Of a DNA stretch of 64,000 nucleotides, positions 62,182 to 64,000 are shown in pieces. A program made the translations under genes and the position numbers. Within the stretch, counting starts at the first letter, position 1, and each line of letters begins with the position of its first letter. The notes beneath the pieces were generated by a model that was given only the letters and a program-made list of their open reading frames with translations, searched no databases and was not told where the DNA came from. The stretch spans positions 1,600,001-1,664,000 of the forward strand of contig CAVVUN010000015.1 in NCBI GenBank assembly GCA_963751455.1. Direction: 5' to 3'. Origin of the DNA: Nitrospirota bacterium (GTDB lineage: Bacteria; Nitrospirota; UBA9217).

Positions 62182-62379
62182 ATGAATATCTCTCTCAATG
62201 GCGAAAAAAAAGAAATTCCCGATAAAGTGACAGTCCTTGGTCTTCTGGAGTTTCTCAAAATCCAGCACCAGAGAGTCGCGGTCGAACTGAACGAGACGAT
62301 CGTCAAGAAAGACCGTTACGGCGACACAATCATTCAAGACGGAGATTTGCTGGAGGTTGTGAGCTTTATGGGTGGAGGG
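62182..62379 (+). CDS. thiS: Sulfur carrier ThiS; no stop after the GGG end, reads through into thiG
   Basis: [32 protein letters not shown]. Confidence 0.9.
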
Positions 62380-62383
62380 AATT

Positions 62384-62438
62384 TGGAGCGAGCCGACCGT
62401 GTCGGCGTAAATCACGGCAACATGGTTGCCTTGGTCCA
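62384..62438. repeat. REPIN-like doublet between thiS and thiG
   Basis: The same two palindromes as 61837-61860 and 62146-62169, separated by 7 nt. Confidence 0.8.
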
Positions 62439-62454
62439 TAAAGGAGTAAATAGA

Positions 62455-63234
62455 ATGACAGACGACAAACTGGTCATCGCAGGCATAGAATTCAAGTCCC
62501 GCCTTTGGGTCGGAACGGGCAAGTACAAAGATTTCGCGGAAACGAAAAAGGCGATCGAGATGTCCGGAACTGATGTGGTCACGGTCTCTGTCCGGCGTGT
62601 GAACATCATCGATAAGGGCAAAGAGAACCTTCTCGACTATATCGACCCGAAACTGTACAAGATATTGCCGAATACTGCCGGGTGTTATACTGCCAAGGAT
62701 GCGATCCGCACCGCGATGCTTGCGGCCGAGGCGGGCATCACGAAGCTTGTCAAGCTCGAGGTGATCGGCGACCAGAAGACGCTTTTCCCGGATAACGAGG
62801 CGACACTCGAAGCTGCAAAAATCCTGCTGAAGGAAGGCCTTATTGTCCTGCCCTATACGAGCGACGACCCGATCATGGCCAGAAAACTGGTTGACCTGGG
62901 GTGCCCGGCGATCATGCCGCTCGCTGCACCGATCGGTTCCGGGCTCGGTATCAGGAACCCTTACAATATCATGATCATCATGGAGACCGTAAAAGTGCCG
63001 ATCATCGTCGATGCCGGCGTGGGCACAGCTTCCGATGTTGCGCTTGCTATGGAGCTTGGCTGTGACGCGGTGCTGCTGAACACCGCAATCGCCGGCGCCC
63101 AGGACCCAATCGCAATGGCGGAGGCGATGAAGTACGGCGTGCTCGCGGGTCGGCTGGCATTCAAGGCTGGAAGGATACCGAAGAAACTGTATGCTACTGC
63201 CAGCAGTCCGATCGAGGGAATTATCGGGAGCTGA
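62455..63234 (+). CDS. thiG: Thiazole synthase ThiG
   Basis: Own RBS AAGGAG; [41 protein letters not shown]. Confidence 0.96.
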   Translation: MTDDKLVIAGIEFKSRLWVGTGKYKDFAETKKAIEMSGTDVVTVSVRRVNIIDKGKENLLDYIDPKLYKILPNTAGCYTAKDAIRTAMLAAEAGITKLVKLEVIGDQKTLFPDNEATLEAAKILLKEGLIVLPYTSDDPIMARKLVDLGCPAIMPLAAPIGSGLGIRNPYNIMIIMETVKVPIIVDAGVGTASDVALAMELGCDAVLLNTAIAGAQDPIAMAEAMKYGVLAGRLAFKAGRIPKKLYATASSPIEGIIGS

Positions 63235-63331
63235 GAAATGACTTATTTCAAATTGCAAAATTGTAAATTGGAAATTTCAAAATGGAGTAACGCTTCTCGC
63301 AATATGCATTTTGCAATATGCAATTTGCAAT
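63235..63331. repeat. Period-7 inverted-repeat element (AAATTGC type)
   Basis: aaattgc aaaattgt aaattgg aaatttc ... gcaatat gcatttt gcaatat gcaattt gcaATG; the right arm ends at the thiE start. Confidence 0.75.
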
Positions 63332-63947
63332 GAACTTAGATTTTAACCTCTACCTCATTACCGACCGAAAGCAGACGAAATTACCGCTTATCGAGGCTGT
63401 GACGCTTGCATTGGAGGGCGGTGTACGCGCGATCCAGCTCAGGGAAAAGGACCTGAAGATCCGTGAGCTTCTTGGCCTTGCCCGGGAACTGAGGGAAATC
63501 ACGAAACGCTTCAGCGCCCGGTTGTTCATAAATGACAGGGTAGACGTCGCTGTTGCGGTTGATGCGGATGGAGTACATCTCGGAAAGGATAGCATGCCTC
63601 CTGCTGCTGTCCGCAGAATAGCGGGAAATCGCCTTCTTGTTGGTGTTTCAACGCATACGCTTGAAGAAGCAAAGACAGCACAGACAGCGGGAGCTGATTT
63701 TATTACCTTTGGCCCGGTTTTTTTTACACCTTCCAAAGCACAGTTTGGGGATCCAGTGGGATTGGAATCATTAAATTTGATTAAAAAATCAGTTTCAGTG
63801 CCAATATTTGCCATTGGTGGCATAAAAAGTGGGAACGCGAAGCAAATTATGGATACCGGTGTCGATGGCGTCAGTATGATTTCAGATATTTTCGGATCAA
63901 ACGATATCCGCCAGGCAGCTGAACAAATTATAAACGAAATCACCTGA
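63330..63947 (+). CDS. thiE: Thiamine-phosphate synthase
   Basis: LYLITD, IQLREK, INDRVD, GVHLG, GVSTH, GPVFFTPSK, AIGGI. Confidence 0.93.
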   Translation: MNLDFNLYLITDRKQTKLPLIEAVTLALEGGVRAIQLREKDLKIRELLGLARELREITKRFSARLFINDRVDVAVAVDADGVHLGKDSMPPAAVRRIAGNRLLVGVSTHTLEEAKTAQTAGADFITFGPVFFTPSKAQFGDPVGLESLNLIKKSVSVPIFAIGGIKSGNAKQIMDTGVDGVSMISDIFGSNDIRQAAEQIINEIT

Positions 63948-64000
63948 TGAAGCATGAAGGACCTCTCACTTCGTTCGAGGTGACAGGCGAGCATGTTTTT

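Overview
Bacterial chromosomal window. The gene content suggests an anaerobe or microaerophile such as Nitrospirota or Desulfobacterota (inference only). 1-22.8 kb is a large signalling island: a PAS/GAF histidine kinase, then a chemosensory operon (two-CW protein, cheW, three MCPs, a PstS-fold binding protein, cheR, a receiver protein, cheA, cheB, cheY, cheX) behind a sigma54/IHF-like promoter. It continues into c-di-GMP modules (REC-HD-GYP, a second binding protein, a HAMP kinase, REC-GGDEF-EAL). 23-27.5 kb holds two tandem 12-heme cytochromes and norCB. The rest is mostly housekeeping: MFS, ubiX, a two-component pair, DUF151, argS-tgt-yajC-secD-secF, typA, htrA, addAB, ferredoxin-trxA-tlpA, tRNA-Gly(CCC), cobU/cobS/cobC, and a TPP riboswitch with thiS-thiG-thiE. 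Single-base indels are dense in the first 8 kb and look like read or assembly errors. Most notable: (1) a flavoprotein disulfide reductase missed by the ORF track, whose redox motif reads CxxxxU (in-frame TGA plus a SECIS-like hairpin); (2) a 99-bp inverted-repeat element inserted in frame in that gene; (3) period-7 and period-9 inverted-repeat elements at many gene junctions, often supplying the stop codon; (4) REPIN/RAYT remnants in the thiamine operon, one joining ThiS to ThiG in frame; (5) a probable cobT deletion scar. All family assignments come from motif recognition; no database searches were run.
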